A stretch of 17,308 bases of DNA from Gemmatimonadaceae bacterium (GTDB lineage Bacteria; Gemmatimonadota; Gemmatimonadetes; Gemmatimonadales; Gemmatimonadaceae). Below the pieces are notes generated by a model, which searched no databases, was not told the origin of the DNA, and was given only the letters and a program-made list of their open reading frames with translations. A program made the position numbers and the translations under genes. Location: the NCBI GenBank assembly GCA_040902005.1, contig JBBDYA010000013.1, forward strand, positions 1-17,308. Reading direction: 5' to 3'. Shown here in pieces: positions 1 through 7,696 of this stretch (position 1 is its first letter; every line of letters begins with the position of its first letter).

Positions 1-272
1 GTGCTCCGCCGCATGGAGCCGCCCTGGAACCAGGCCACGCGCGCGCGAACGATCGCCACGTGCAGCATTCCCGCGCGCCGCACGTCGGCCGTGAAGACGG
101 CCCGGCCGGTCACCTTCTCCAATGCGTCCATCCGCGGCACGGACTGGCCCACGATGCCCAGCGGGGTGGCCGGGTCCCACGGCACCGGTTCGAACGCGGG
201 AACTTCGACCAGGCGCGTGTCCTCGCGTCCCTCGACCTCGACCCGCGTGGCGACGAAACGCTTGCCAGTCAC
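1..272 (-). CDS. Xanthine dehydrogenase / aldehyde oxidoreductase family molybdopterin-binding subunit, N-terminal part (runs off window edge)
   Basis: Not in the ORF track; read by hand. GTG at 272 overlaps the TGA of the 2Fe-2S gene (GTGA). It translates [24 protein letters not shown]...GIVGQSVPRMDALEKVTGRAVFTADVRRAGMLHVAIVRA, matching the family N-terminal signature G.S..R.D...KVTG.A.[YF]..D....GML. Confidence 0.88.
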   Translation of the reverse strand, partial: MTGKRFVATRVEVEGREDTRLVEVPAFEPVPWDPATPLGIVGQSVPRMDALEKVTGRAVFTADVRRAGMLHVAIVRARVAWFQGGSMRRS

Positions 273-751
273 GGGGTCAACCGCCGTGCCGCGTCGCGCA
301 CCGCGAGGACGATCTTCGGATACGTGCCGCAGCGGCACAGGTTGCCACTCAGCGCGGCGCGTATCGCCGCGTCGTCCGGCGCCGCGTTGTCCGCGAGGAG
401 GGCCGCGGCCGCGAGGATCTGCCCCGGCGTGCAGAAGCCGCACTGCACGGCGTCGTGGGCGATGAACGCTTCCTGAAGCGGGTGCAACCCGCCCGCGCCC
501 AGTCCCTCGATGGTGGTCACGTGGGCACCGTCGCACGCTGCCGCGAGCGTGAGGCAGGCATACACGGAGCGCCGCGGCGCTCCCGCCGAGCTCAACAGCA
601 CCGTGCATGCGCCGCATTCCCCGCGCCCGCAGGACACCTTGGTTCCGGTGAGACCCAGCCGATCCCGGAGTACGCTCGTCAGCGTCTCGTTTCCGGCGAT
701 CTCCAGGTCGTGCGCAAGGCCGTTCACCGTGATTTTCACCGGCAGTCGCAT
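269..751 (-). CDS. (2Fe-2S)-binding small subunit of a xanthine/CO/aldehyde dehydrogenase (CoxS/CutS family)
   Basis: Motifs [27 protein letters not shown] and GNLCRCGTY. Coupled to the molybdopterin subunit. Confidence 0.95.
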   Translation of the reverse strand: MRLPVKITVNGLAHDLEIAGNETLTSVLRDRLGLTGTKVSCGRGECGACTVLLSSAGAPRRSVYACLTLAAACDGAHVTTIEGLGAGGLHPLQEAFIAHDAVQCGFCTPGQILAAAALLADNAAPDDAAIRAALSGNLCRCGTYPKIVLAVRDAARRLTP

Positions 752-828
752 TTCGGGGTGACTGGTGGCGTGTCGCGAGATTCCGTTATCTTAGCCGGCA
801 CCTAGCGAGCAGCAACCTCGAGGCCGAG

Positions 829-1095
829 ATGCCCTACGTCATCACCGAAGCCTGCATTGGCACCAAGGACCGCGCCTGCGTGGACGTGTGTCCCGTGGAC
901 TGCATATATGAAGGTCCCGAACAGTTGTTCATCCATCCGGACGAGTGCATCGACTGCGGTGCGTGTGAGCCGGAGTGCCCGGTGACCGCCATCTTTCCCG
1001 AGGAGGATGTGCCGGGAAATCTCAAGGAGTACGTGGCGAAGAATCGGGACGTCTTTCAGAGCGAGAATCCCCCGGGACGCCCGGAACGGAGTTAG
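829..1095 (+). CDS. 7Fe ([3Fe-4S][4Fe-4S]) ferredoxin, FdxA type
   Basis: C-x7-C-x3-CP ([17 protein letters not shown]) and [16 protein letters not shown] upstream and a TATCTT -10-like hexamer at 787-792. Confidence 0.93.
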   Translation: MPYVITEACIGTKDRACVDVCPVDCIYEGPEQLFIHPDECIDCGACEPECPVTAIFPEEDVPGNLKEYVAKNRDVFQSENPPGRPERS

Positions 1096-1183
1096 GGAAG
1101 AATCTGCAATCAAGCCTCAGGGTCTTCGGGGAGAGAGTCGGTGGTCCTGAACAGGGAATAGTTCGGAAAGTGGGTCCAACGTC

Positions 1184-1261
1184 CGAACCACGGAGGACAC
1201 GGAGGACACGGAGACTAAACTCCTCCGCGCCCTCCGCGCCCTCCGCGCCCTCCGCGGTTCG
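1184..1261. repeat. REP-like inverted repeat built from 9-bp tandem units (ACGGAGGAC x~3 / CCCTCCGCG x~4)
   Basis: 1184-1213 pairs with 1232-1261 at 25 of 30 positions. It lies between two convergent genes. Confidence 0.85.
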
Positions 1262-1338
1262 TGTCTACCGACCTCCGATAGAGAAGCAGCGCTGGCACGG
1301 CTGCGCTCGGGATGCAGTCCACTTTCTTCGGAACTTTC

Positions 1339-1950
1339 CTAGTTGGCGGACAGCCGGCACTTGATCCAGAAGGCGGCGCCGAGCGCCCCGTACTGCGCGA
1401 AGGTGCTGACCTCGCTGCGCAGCGCTTCCCGCCAGTCATGGAGTCCCGGTTCGGGCGCCGAGCGCGGCGGGCGCGGGAACCAGCGTGGCGTGCGCGCCTT
1501 GTAGTCCAGGTACTCGGCGCCAAAGATCGACTCCAGCACCCCCTCTTCGTACCGCACGATCAGCGTGTACTCGATCGCGAACAGCACGATCGCGAACGGC
1601 AGGAACCACAGCACTCCCGATCCGACCACGAACCCGATCCAGATCAGGAGATTGCCCACGTACAGCGGGTTCCGCATCCACGAGAAGATTCCGTAGGTCA
1701 CCAGTCGCTGCACGTTTCGCGATCGACGGCGCGTGACGGTGCCCGCGGCAGACACGCCCGCCATGCGCAGCGTCTCTCCGGTGAGGATGAGCGCCGCCGC
1801 GGCCAGCCATCCCGGGAGCGACTGATCGCCCGGCACGAGCAGCGGGATGAGCAGGAACGGCACCGGGAGAAAGCCCCGGTAGCGAAAGAGGAACGCGCCA
1901 ACGCGGGCGGCCGCCGACTGCTCGGCGGCGGAAATGGTGGGCGTGGTCAC
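1339..1950 (-). CDS. Isoprenylcysteine carboxyl methyltransferase / PEMT-family membrane methyltransferase
   Basis: LVTYGIFSWMRNPLYVG, RYEEGVL..IFGAEYLDY...TPRWFP, and several TM segments. Confidence 0.9.
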   Translation of the reverse strand: MTTPTISAAEQSAAARVGAFLFRYRGFLPVPFLLIPLLVPGDQSLPGWLAAAALILTGETLRMAGVSAAGTVTRRRSRNVQRLVTYGIFSWMRNPLYVGNLLIWIGFVVGSGVLWFLPFAIVLFAIEYTLIVRYEEGVLESIFGAEYLDYKARTPRWFPRPPRSAPEPGLHDWREALRSEVSTFAQYGALGAAFWIKCRLSAN

Positions 1951-1964
1951 GGGGACAAGTTACC

Positions 1965-2759
1965 TCAGCTGTACTTCAGGGCGGCGAGGAACTCCGTGAG
2001 CACGTGGTTGAACGCGGCCGGGCGCTCCATGTTGCTGAGGTGCCCCGCCTGTGCGATGACCTCCAGGCGGCTGCCGGCAATTGCCGACTGCATTGCCCGT
2101 GCATCCTTCACCGGCGTGAGCGAATCTTCCTCACCCACGACGATCAGGGTGGGTATGTCGATGGTGGCGAGCGTGGGCGTGGAGTCGGGCCGGGCCATCA
2201 TCGCCTCCAGCGCGCCGACGATGCCCTCCACGCCGGCCTGCGCGATCATGCGGTGCACCGAGTCGTAGGTGTCCGGGTGCTTCTCGCGCGTGGTCTTGCC
2301 GACGATTCCCGCGATCTGAAGGTTGGCCACGGCGGTGGATCCCTCCGTGCGGGCGACGGTGATCAGCTCGCGGCGGCTGGCCAGTGCCTTCTCCGTGTCG
2401 GCCGTCGCCTTCGTGTCGGCGAGCACGAGTCCCCGCACCCGCTCGCGGTGGCGGCGCCAGAACTCGAAGCCCACGTAGCCCCCCATCGACAATCCAACCA
2501 CGACAGTCTGGTCGATCCGGACCTGGTCCAGAAGGCGCGCGAGATCGTCCGCATATTGCGCCATGGAGTACGGCGGTTGCGGGGTGGATTCGCCGAATCC
2601 GCGCAGGTCGGCGGCGATGCAGCGGCAGCGCTCGACGAGCGCGCTCTGTTGGGGCGCCCACATCGTGCGATTCAGCGGAAACCCGTGGATGAACAGCACC
2701 GACTGGCCGGTGCCAATGTCGTCGTAGCCCAGTTCCAGGGCGTCCATGACGGATATCAA
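1965..2759 (-). CDS. Alpha/beta fold hydrolase (PcaD/MhpC-like)
   Basis: HGFP oxyanion motif, DLRGFGES, GLSMGG nucleophile elbow, GEED and AGHLSN. Start placed at TTG 2759, which overlaps the upstream TGA; alternatives are 2774 and 2747. Confidence 0.92.
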   Translation of the reverse strand: MISVMDALELGYDDIGTGQSVLFIHGFPLNRTMWAPQQSALVERCRCIAADLRGFGESTPQPPYSMAQYADDLARLLDQVRIDQTVVVGLSMGGYVGFEFWRRHRERVRGLVLADTKATADTEKALASRRELITVARTEGSTAVANLQIAGIVGKTTREKHPDTYDSVHRMIAQAGVEGIVGALEAMMARPDSTPTLATIDIPTLIVVGEEDSLTPVKDARAMQSAIAGSRLEVIAQAGHLSNMERPAAFNHVLTEFLAALKYS

Positions 2760-3169
2760 TAGCGCTCCGGCCACTGCGGCAGCATCTCACGCCATGACTC
2801 GGGCACGCGCACGGGCTTTCCTTCCTGGTCCACGGCCACGAAGACGATGTCGGCCAGTGCGACCCTGGTCTTTTCCCCGACCTTCGTGACTTCCTGGCGC
2901 ACGATGTAGCTGGTGTTCTTCACGGCCAGCAATCCGGAGCGCACGAGGAGGTCTTCGCCCGGGTACGACTGCGCCATGTAGTCGATGTCCACATGGCGCA
3001 CGACGGAATACGCCGGTTGCTTGCCCCACGTCTTCACGTCCACCTGCCCCTCGAGCAGCGCCCACCGGGCGCGCTCCAGAAAGGTCAGCATGGTGGCGTG
3101 GTTGAGATGCCCCAGCATGTCGCAATCGGTGGGGTAGATGTGAAACCGTACTTCGGAAGGCCTGGTCAT
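2756..3169 (-). CDS. Acyl-CoA thioesterase, hot-dog fold (4HBT/YbgC/FadM family)
   Basis: DCDMLGHLNHATMLTFLERAR motif and C-terminal GKPVRVP. GAGGG SD upstream. Confidence 0.9.
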   Translation of the reverse strand: MTRPSEVRFHIYPTDCDMLGHLNHATMLTFLERARWALLEGQVDVKTWGKQPAYSVVRHVDIDYMAQSYPGEDLLVRSGLLAVKNTSYIVRQEVTKVGEKTRVALADIVFVAVDQEGKPVRVPESWREMLPQWPERY

Positions 3170-3178
3170 TGGAATCCC

Positions 3179-4144
3179 TCAATCCTGCAGCAGGCGGCCG
3201 TCGAAGGTAAGCCAGAGCAGGGGGTGGCTGGCGTCACCGGCGGCCGCCGCCGCGAAGGCCTTGCGGCTGTAGGTGTCGTCCAGACGTATGCCGAGCGGGG
3301 CCAGAGTCGCCTCCGTTGCAGGGATCGCGCCCAGCGGCCGGCCGTACGCCCCGCCGTAGAAATCGTGTTCCACCGTGATCAGGTCCCGCGGTACCCGCGG
3401 CACGCGCTCTCCGCTCAGGCGCTCGATGAGCCGCGCGGCCGCATTGGCCAGCCACCTGATGCGCCCCGCACTCGCGATGATCCGCGGGGCCACACGCACG
3501 GCGCGCACGCGGGTGGCGAGGCCGGCGATGTGAAGGCCGAGCGATAGTCCTGCGGCCGTGCCGCCGGTACCCAGCGGCACGTAGACGCGGTCGGGTTCGG
3601 TGCATTCTCCCGCGCCCACCTGCCTGGCCAGCTCGAGCGCCGCGTTCACATGTCCGAGTACCGCGAGCGCCGAGGCGCCGCCGGCGGGAATCCAGCGCAC
3701 CCGGCGGCGCATTCGCAGCGCGGCCGCGACGGCGTACGCGGAGGGCACCCACCGCGCGTCCAGGATCCGGGCTTCGCGGCGCAGGTGGTTGTCCACGCGG
3801 CGCGCCGCATCGTTCATCACCTGATTCCATCGCACGACGGTGACGGTGGCGCCCAGGGCAGTGGCACAGCGCGCGGTGGCCAGTGCGTGCGTGGACCCGC
3901 GCGGGCCAACCGTGAGCACGGCGTCGCCGGGCACCACGCCGCCCAGAAGAAACTCGAGGCCGCGCACCTTGTTTCCGCCGATCAACGTGCCACATCGGTC
4001 GTCGCGCTTGAGCGCGAATTCCCGTGACCCGATTACCACATGCTGTACGGGGGTGGGATAATCGCCGAGCCGCGCCCGGGGCACCGCGGCGACCGCCGGG
4101 AACCGGCGGACAATCGGGAGCGGTGCCTCAGTCGTCGTCGTCAT
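3179..4144 (-). CDS. PLP-dependent enzyme, D-cysteine desulfhydrase / ACC deaminase family
   Basis: PTPV, KRDD, GGNKVRGLEF (PLP lysine), PLGTGGT phosphate loop, GGAYG and DDTYSRKA. Confidence 0.88.
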   Translation of the reverse strand: MTTTTEAPLPIVRRFPAVAAVPRARLGDYPTPVQHVVIGSREFALKRDDRCGTLIGGNKVRGLEFLLGGVVPGDAVLTVGPRGSTHALATARCATALGATVTVVRWNQVMNDAARRVDNHLRREARILDARWVPSAYAVAAALRMRRRVRWIPAGGASALAVLGHVNAALELARQVGAGECTEPDRVYVPLGTGGTAAGLSLGLHIAGLATRVRAVRVAPRIIASAGRIRWLANAAARLIERLSGERVPRVPRDLITVEHDFYGGAYGRPLGAIPATEATLAPLGIRLDDTYSRKAFAAAAAGDASHPLLWLTFDGRLLQD

Positions 4145-5453
4145 CGATGGCGCTCATGTCGTCTCCGACCACGCCTTCGACGTAGACCATCTTGACGACC
4201 ACCATGGCGGCAGCGAGCAGGGGAACCGCCACGAGCAGGCCAAGAAAGCCGAAGAGCAGGGTGAACAGCGCCTGGCCCAGGATCGTCAACACGGGCGGAA
4301 CGCCCACGCCGCCCTTCATCAGCAGCGGGATGAGCAGATGGTTCTCGACGAACTGGATTCCGACGTACACCGCGGTGACCATCATGGCCTTCTCGGGCGA
4401 ATCCACGAAGCCCATGGCAATCGCCGGGATAGCGCTCAGGATCGGCCCCACGGTGGGGATGAACTCGAGCAGACCGGCAAGCAGTCCCAGGGCGAAGGCC
4501 GCTTCCACGTCGAGGATCAGCAGCGCGACCGTCGTGACCACGCCGATGACGACCATCGCGATCAACTGCGTTACCAACCAGCGGCGCAACACGGTGGCGA
4601 CCGCGCTCAGCACCTCGCCGGCGCGCGCGCGGGAGCGATGCGGGAACAGGTGCATCATTCCACGGTGGTACAGATCCGGCTCCGCCGCGATGTAGGTCGC
4701 CATGAAGATGATGAGCAGGATGCCCGCGACGACCGCGACGGTCTGCGACAGGAACGGAAAGAGATAGCGGCCCGCGCCTCTCAGCTGACGCCCGATTCGA
4801 CTGCGGAGTGGCTCCGCCGCATCGGCCGTGGCTGAGTCGGACGCGGCGAGTCGCGTAGTGTCCCTGGCCGCCGCTCCGGTGTCCGACGGCGCGCGAGCGA
4901 CAGTGACGGCGGTATCGGCGGCATCGGTGGTATCGGCGGCGGAACCCGAGTCCGCCGTGACGGTGGAGTCGGACCCGATGCCGAAGCCCCCAAGCACCGT
5001 ACCGAGCAACCCGCCCTGTCGCTTGCTCACCCACTCCTGGACGCGGTCAACCGACTCTGGAATCTTCTCGCGCAACTCCCGGCTCTGTTCCCGGATGGTC
5101 GGCGTGATCGCCGCGCCGAACCCGACGAGCAGCCCGAAGAAGCCGATCACGATCATGGCGGCGCCAATGCCGCGGGGGATCCGATAGCGCTCGAGTCGGT
5201 CCACACCAGACTCCACCGCCAGCCCGAACAGGACACCGAGAAAGACCACGAGCACCAGGGCGCTGGCAAACCAGAGCACCTTGAGCATCACGTACATCGC
5301 GATGACCAGCGCCGCGGCGCGCACGATGTCCTTGGTCTGCCACCCCACCGCCCTCGCCCGCCGATCGCGACTGGTTGCTGGCGCCTGGGACGGATCCGGC
5401 GCAGTCGGCTGGACTGGCGGCGGCGGCGTGTGGCCAGAGTCTGACGGGCTCAT
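4128..5453 (-). CDS. AI-2E (PerM/TqsA) family transporter
   Basis: Multiple TM helices, with GLLEFIPTVGP and QFVENHLLIPLL motifs. Confidence 0.92.
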   Translation of the reverse strand: MSPSDSGHTPPPPVQPTAPDPSQAPATSRDRRARAVGWQTKDIVRAAALVIAMYVMLKVLWFASALVLVVFLGVLFGLAVESGVDRLERYRIPRGIGAAMIVIGFFGLLVGFGAAITPTIREQSRELREKIPESVDRVQEWVSKRQGGLLGTVLGGFGIGSDSTVTADSGSAADTTDAADTAVTVARAPSDTGAAARDTTRLAASDSATADAAEPLRSRIGRQLRGAGRYLFPFLSQTVAVVAGILLIIFMATYIAAEPDLYHRGMMHLFPHRSRARAGEVLSAVATVLRRWLVTQLIAMVVIGVVTTVALLILDVEAAFALGLLAGLLEFIPTVGPILSAIPAIAMGFVDSPEKAMMVTAVYVGIQFVENHLLIPLLMKGGVGVPPVLTILGQALFTLLFGFLGLLVAVPLLAAAMVVVKMVYVEGVVGDDMSAIDDDDD

Positions 5454-5494
5454 GAAAGTCGGGTCTTGGGCAAGGTGAGTGCCGGGCTGAAGAC

Positions 5495-5500
5495 TATACT
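5495..5500 (+). promoter_or_regulatory. Sigma70-type -10 element (TATACT) of probable leaderless rnd
   Basis: TATACT lies 7 nt before GTG 5508, with no SD between them. Confidence 0.55.
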
Positions 5501-5507
5501 GTTAGTC

Positions 5508-6653
5508 GTGCCATCGAAAACCATCTTCCTCGACCGTGCGGACGACGCGGCGCGCCAGCTCGCCGGCATCTCGTCCGTCACGGAGATCGCAGTGGACACC
5601 GAGGGAGCGAGCTTTCACCGCTTCGTGGACCGCATCTATCTGCTCCAGCTGTCCACGCAGGACCGGAGCGCGATCATCGATCCGCTCGCCGTGCCCTCCG
5701 AAACGCTTGCCCCGCTCGGCGCGCTGCTCGAGAGCGTGGCCGTCGAGACGGTGTTTCACGATGCCGACTATGACCTGCGCCTGCTCCAGCGCGACTACGG
5801 CTGGCACGTGCGAAACATCTTCGACACGCGGGTGGCGGCGCAGCTGCTCGGGTTGAAGGCGTTCGGGCTCGCCGCGCTGCTCGACCGCTACTTTGGCGTG
5901 AAGCTCGACAAGAAGCATCAGCGCGCGGACTGGTCCATGCGCCCACTCAGCGCCGACATGCTGGAGTACGCGGCGCAGGACACGCTGTACCTGCTGGAAC
6001 TGCGCACCCGCATGCGTGAGGAGTTGCGGAGCAAGGAGCGGCTGTCGTGGGCCCGCGAGGAGTTCGCGCGGCTGGAGGGAACCAAGTGGAGTGAAGAGGA
6101 GCCGGGATCCGCGTTTCTCCGCATCAAGGGCGCGCGCGATCTCACGCGCCGCGAGCTGGCGGTGTTGCGCGAGCTGTTTTCCTGGCGCGACAGCGTGGCG
6201 CGCGAACTCGACCGGGCGACCTTTCGCGTGATCGGCAACGAGCAGTTGCTGGAGATCTCGCGCGCACAACCGAGCGGTCGCGACGACCTCGCGCGCGTGA
6301 AGGGCGTCTCACGGGGCATTCTCGACAGGCGCGTGAACGACGTCCTCGCGGCCGTGCGTCGCGGACTCGACGTTCCAGAGACGGACCTGCCGCGCTTCGC
6401 AAAATCGGCGCGCTGGGATCGCGATCCCCAGTTCGACACGAAGGTCAATGCCCTGAAGACGGTGCGCGATGCCGCGGCGGCGCGCCTGGACCTGGATCCG
6501 GGCGTGCTGTGCGCGCGCGACCGGATGGAAGCCGCAGCGCGCAGGAATCCGAAGAGTGTGGACGAGCTGGCGGAGGTGACCGAGCTGCGCAACTGGCAGC
6601 GCGAGGTACTGGGCGAGGGCTTCGTGAGCGCCCTCGGCGCCGTTCCGCGCTGA
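5508..6653 (+). CDS. rnd: Ribonuclease D (DEDDy 3'-5' exonuclease plus HRDC domains)
   Basis: AVDTE, FHDADYD, FDTRVAA, DWSMRPLS...YAAQD, and HRDC WRDSVARELD. Start chosen at GTG 5508 rather than the ORF-track TTG 5466. Confidence 0.92.
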   Translation: MPSKTIFLDRADDAARQLAGISSVTEIAVDTEGASFHRFVDRIYLLQLSTQDRSAIIDPLAVPSETLAPLGALLESVAVETVFHDADYDLRLLQRDYGWHVRNIFDTRVAAQLLGLKAFGLAALLDRYFGVKLDKKHQRADWSMRPLSADMLEYAAQDTLYLLELRTRMREELRSKERLSWAREEFARLEGTKWSEEEPGSAFLRIKGARDLTRRELAVLRELFSWRDSVARELDRATFRVIGNEQLLEISRAQPSGRDDLARVKGVSRGILDRRVNDVLAAVRRGLDVPETDLPRFAKSARWDRDPQFDTKVNALKTVRDAAAARLDLDPGVLCARDRMEAAARRNPKSVDELAEVTELRNWQREVLGEGFVSALGAVPR

Positions 6654-6669
6654 TCTGTTCGGAGCTTCC

Positions 6670-7341
6670 CTACCGCTGTTCGACGCCCGAACGCGCCGGA
6701 ATCGCCTGGGCGCTGACGGGCAGCGCGGCCGCATTCCGGTCGTTCAGCAGCTTGGACACGAACCGCTGACCCTCGGAAATGCGCTCCACTTCGATGGCGA
6801 CGGTATCCATGGCGCGCTGGAGCTGGTCGAGCCGCTGCATCGCGGCCTGATCGGCTAACGCGGCTTTCGGCGGCGCACCGGCGCGCTTCCAGATGAACCG
6901 GGAGATCGCGACGGCCAGCGGCGCCAGGAAGAACACCGAGATGATCGCCACCAGCGGCACGAGATCGTCGGCGAGACTCCTGACGAACCGGTCCGCGGCC
7001 GGCGACGAAGCGGGCGCTGTGGACGCGATCATGGCCGTGGGGGACGCGCTGGCGATGCGCGCGTTGATGCCGTCGAGTTGACGCTCCAGCGCGACGATTT
7101 GTTCGTCCGCCGACTCCATGCGAAGCTCCAGGGCGCCGCGGTCCGCCGGGCCCGCGCGATGCCACTGCTCCTGAAGGCTGTTCTTGCGCCCGGAAAGCGT
7201 CGAGATCTGCCCGCTGATCTCGTTGCGCATCTCGTTGAGAGCGCCGAGTTCAAATCGCGTGCGTGGCACGTCAGGCGCACCGGGCACCTGGACCACAATC
7301 GTCGGCTCCTGATTCCGTCGTTCGATGCGGCGATCCTGCAT
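6670..7341 (-). CDS. Hypothetical single-pass membrane protein with coiled coils on both sides
   Basis: Long heptad region, TM LVPLVAIISVFFLAPLAVAI, then RLDQLQRAMDTVAIEVERISEGQRFVSKLL. It fills the gap between rnd and the DUF59 gene. Confidence 0.8.
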   Translation of the reverse strand: MQDRRIERRNQEPTIVVQVPGAPDVPRTRFELGALNEMRNEISGQISTLSGRKNSLQEQWHRAGPADRGALELRMESADEQIVALERQLDGINARIASASPTAMIASTAPASSPAADRFVRSLADDLVPLVAIISVFFLAPLAVAISRFIWKRAGAPPKAALADQAAMQRLDQLQRAMDTVAIEVERISEGQRFVSKLLNDRNAAALPVSAQAIPARSGVEQR

Positions 7342-7349
7342 GAACCCTC

Positions 7350-7376
7350 TACGGACGGGGAAGACCCGAGGTTACA
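7350..7376 (-). promoter_or_regulatory. Candidate ECF sigma promoter TGTAACC-N16-CGTA
   Basis: Minus strand reads tGTAACC tcgggtcttccccgtc CGTA gagggttc ATG. This fits the AAC/CGT ECF promoter pattern and fills most of the 39-nt intergenic gap. Confidence 0.55.
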
Positions 7377-7380
7377 GTGC

Positions 7381-7695
7381 TCACAATCCCATATAGGCGC
7401 GCACCTTGGGCTCGATGCGCTCCGGAGTCCAGTACGGCTCCCAGATGAGGTTCACCACGACCTTGCCGACCCCGGGCATCGCCTGAACCGTCCGTTCCAC
7501 GTCGCCCATGATCTGCGGGCCCGCGGGACATCCCGGCGACGTGAGGCTCATGTCCACGATCACCTTGTTCCCGTCGTCCACCGTGATGGTGTAGACCAGG
7601 CCGAGGTCCACGATGTTGAGGTTGAGATCGGGGTCCTTGACCTTGCGGAGGGCAAGGCGCACCGAGTCCTCGGTGATGTCGTCGGTGGGTGACAC
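7381..7695 (-). CDS. Metal-sulfur cluster assembly factor, SufT/PaaD (DUF59) family
   Basis: VKDPDLNLNIVDLGLVY, MSLTSPGCP and WEPYWTPE. Start at GTG 7695, 1 nt after the upstream stop; the ORF-track extension to 7911 is spurious. Confidence 0.92.
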   Translation of the reverse strand: MSPTDDITEDSVRLALRKVKDPDLNLNIVDLGLVYTITVDDGNKVIVDMSLTSPGCPAGPQIMGDVERTVQAMPGVGKVVVNLIWEPYWTPERIEPKVRAYMGL

Positions 7696-7696
7696 G

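Noticed and set aside
1..805. Plus-strand ORFs 1-465, 60-476 and 122-805
   Set aside because: Antisense shadows of the two dehydrogenase subunit genes, with no motifs.
1184..1261. Possible CRISPR array
   Set aside because: Units are 9 bp with no spacers, and no cas genes are present.
3179..4144. ACC deaminase (acdS) call
   Set aside because: It lacks the diagnostic Glu after the active-site Tyr (YS, not YE).
5918..7165. 415-aa minus-strand ORF and other long Arg/Ala/Pro-rich ORFs across the window
   Set aside because: Alternative-frame or antisense artefacts of high GC that overlap well-supported genes.
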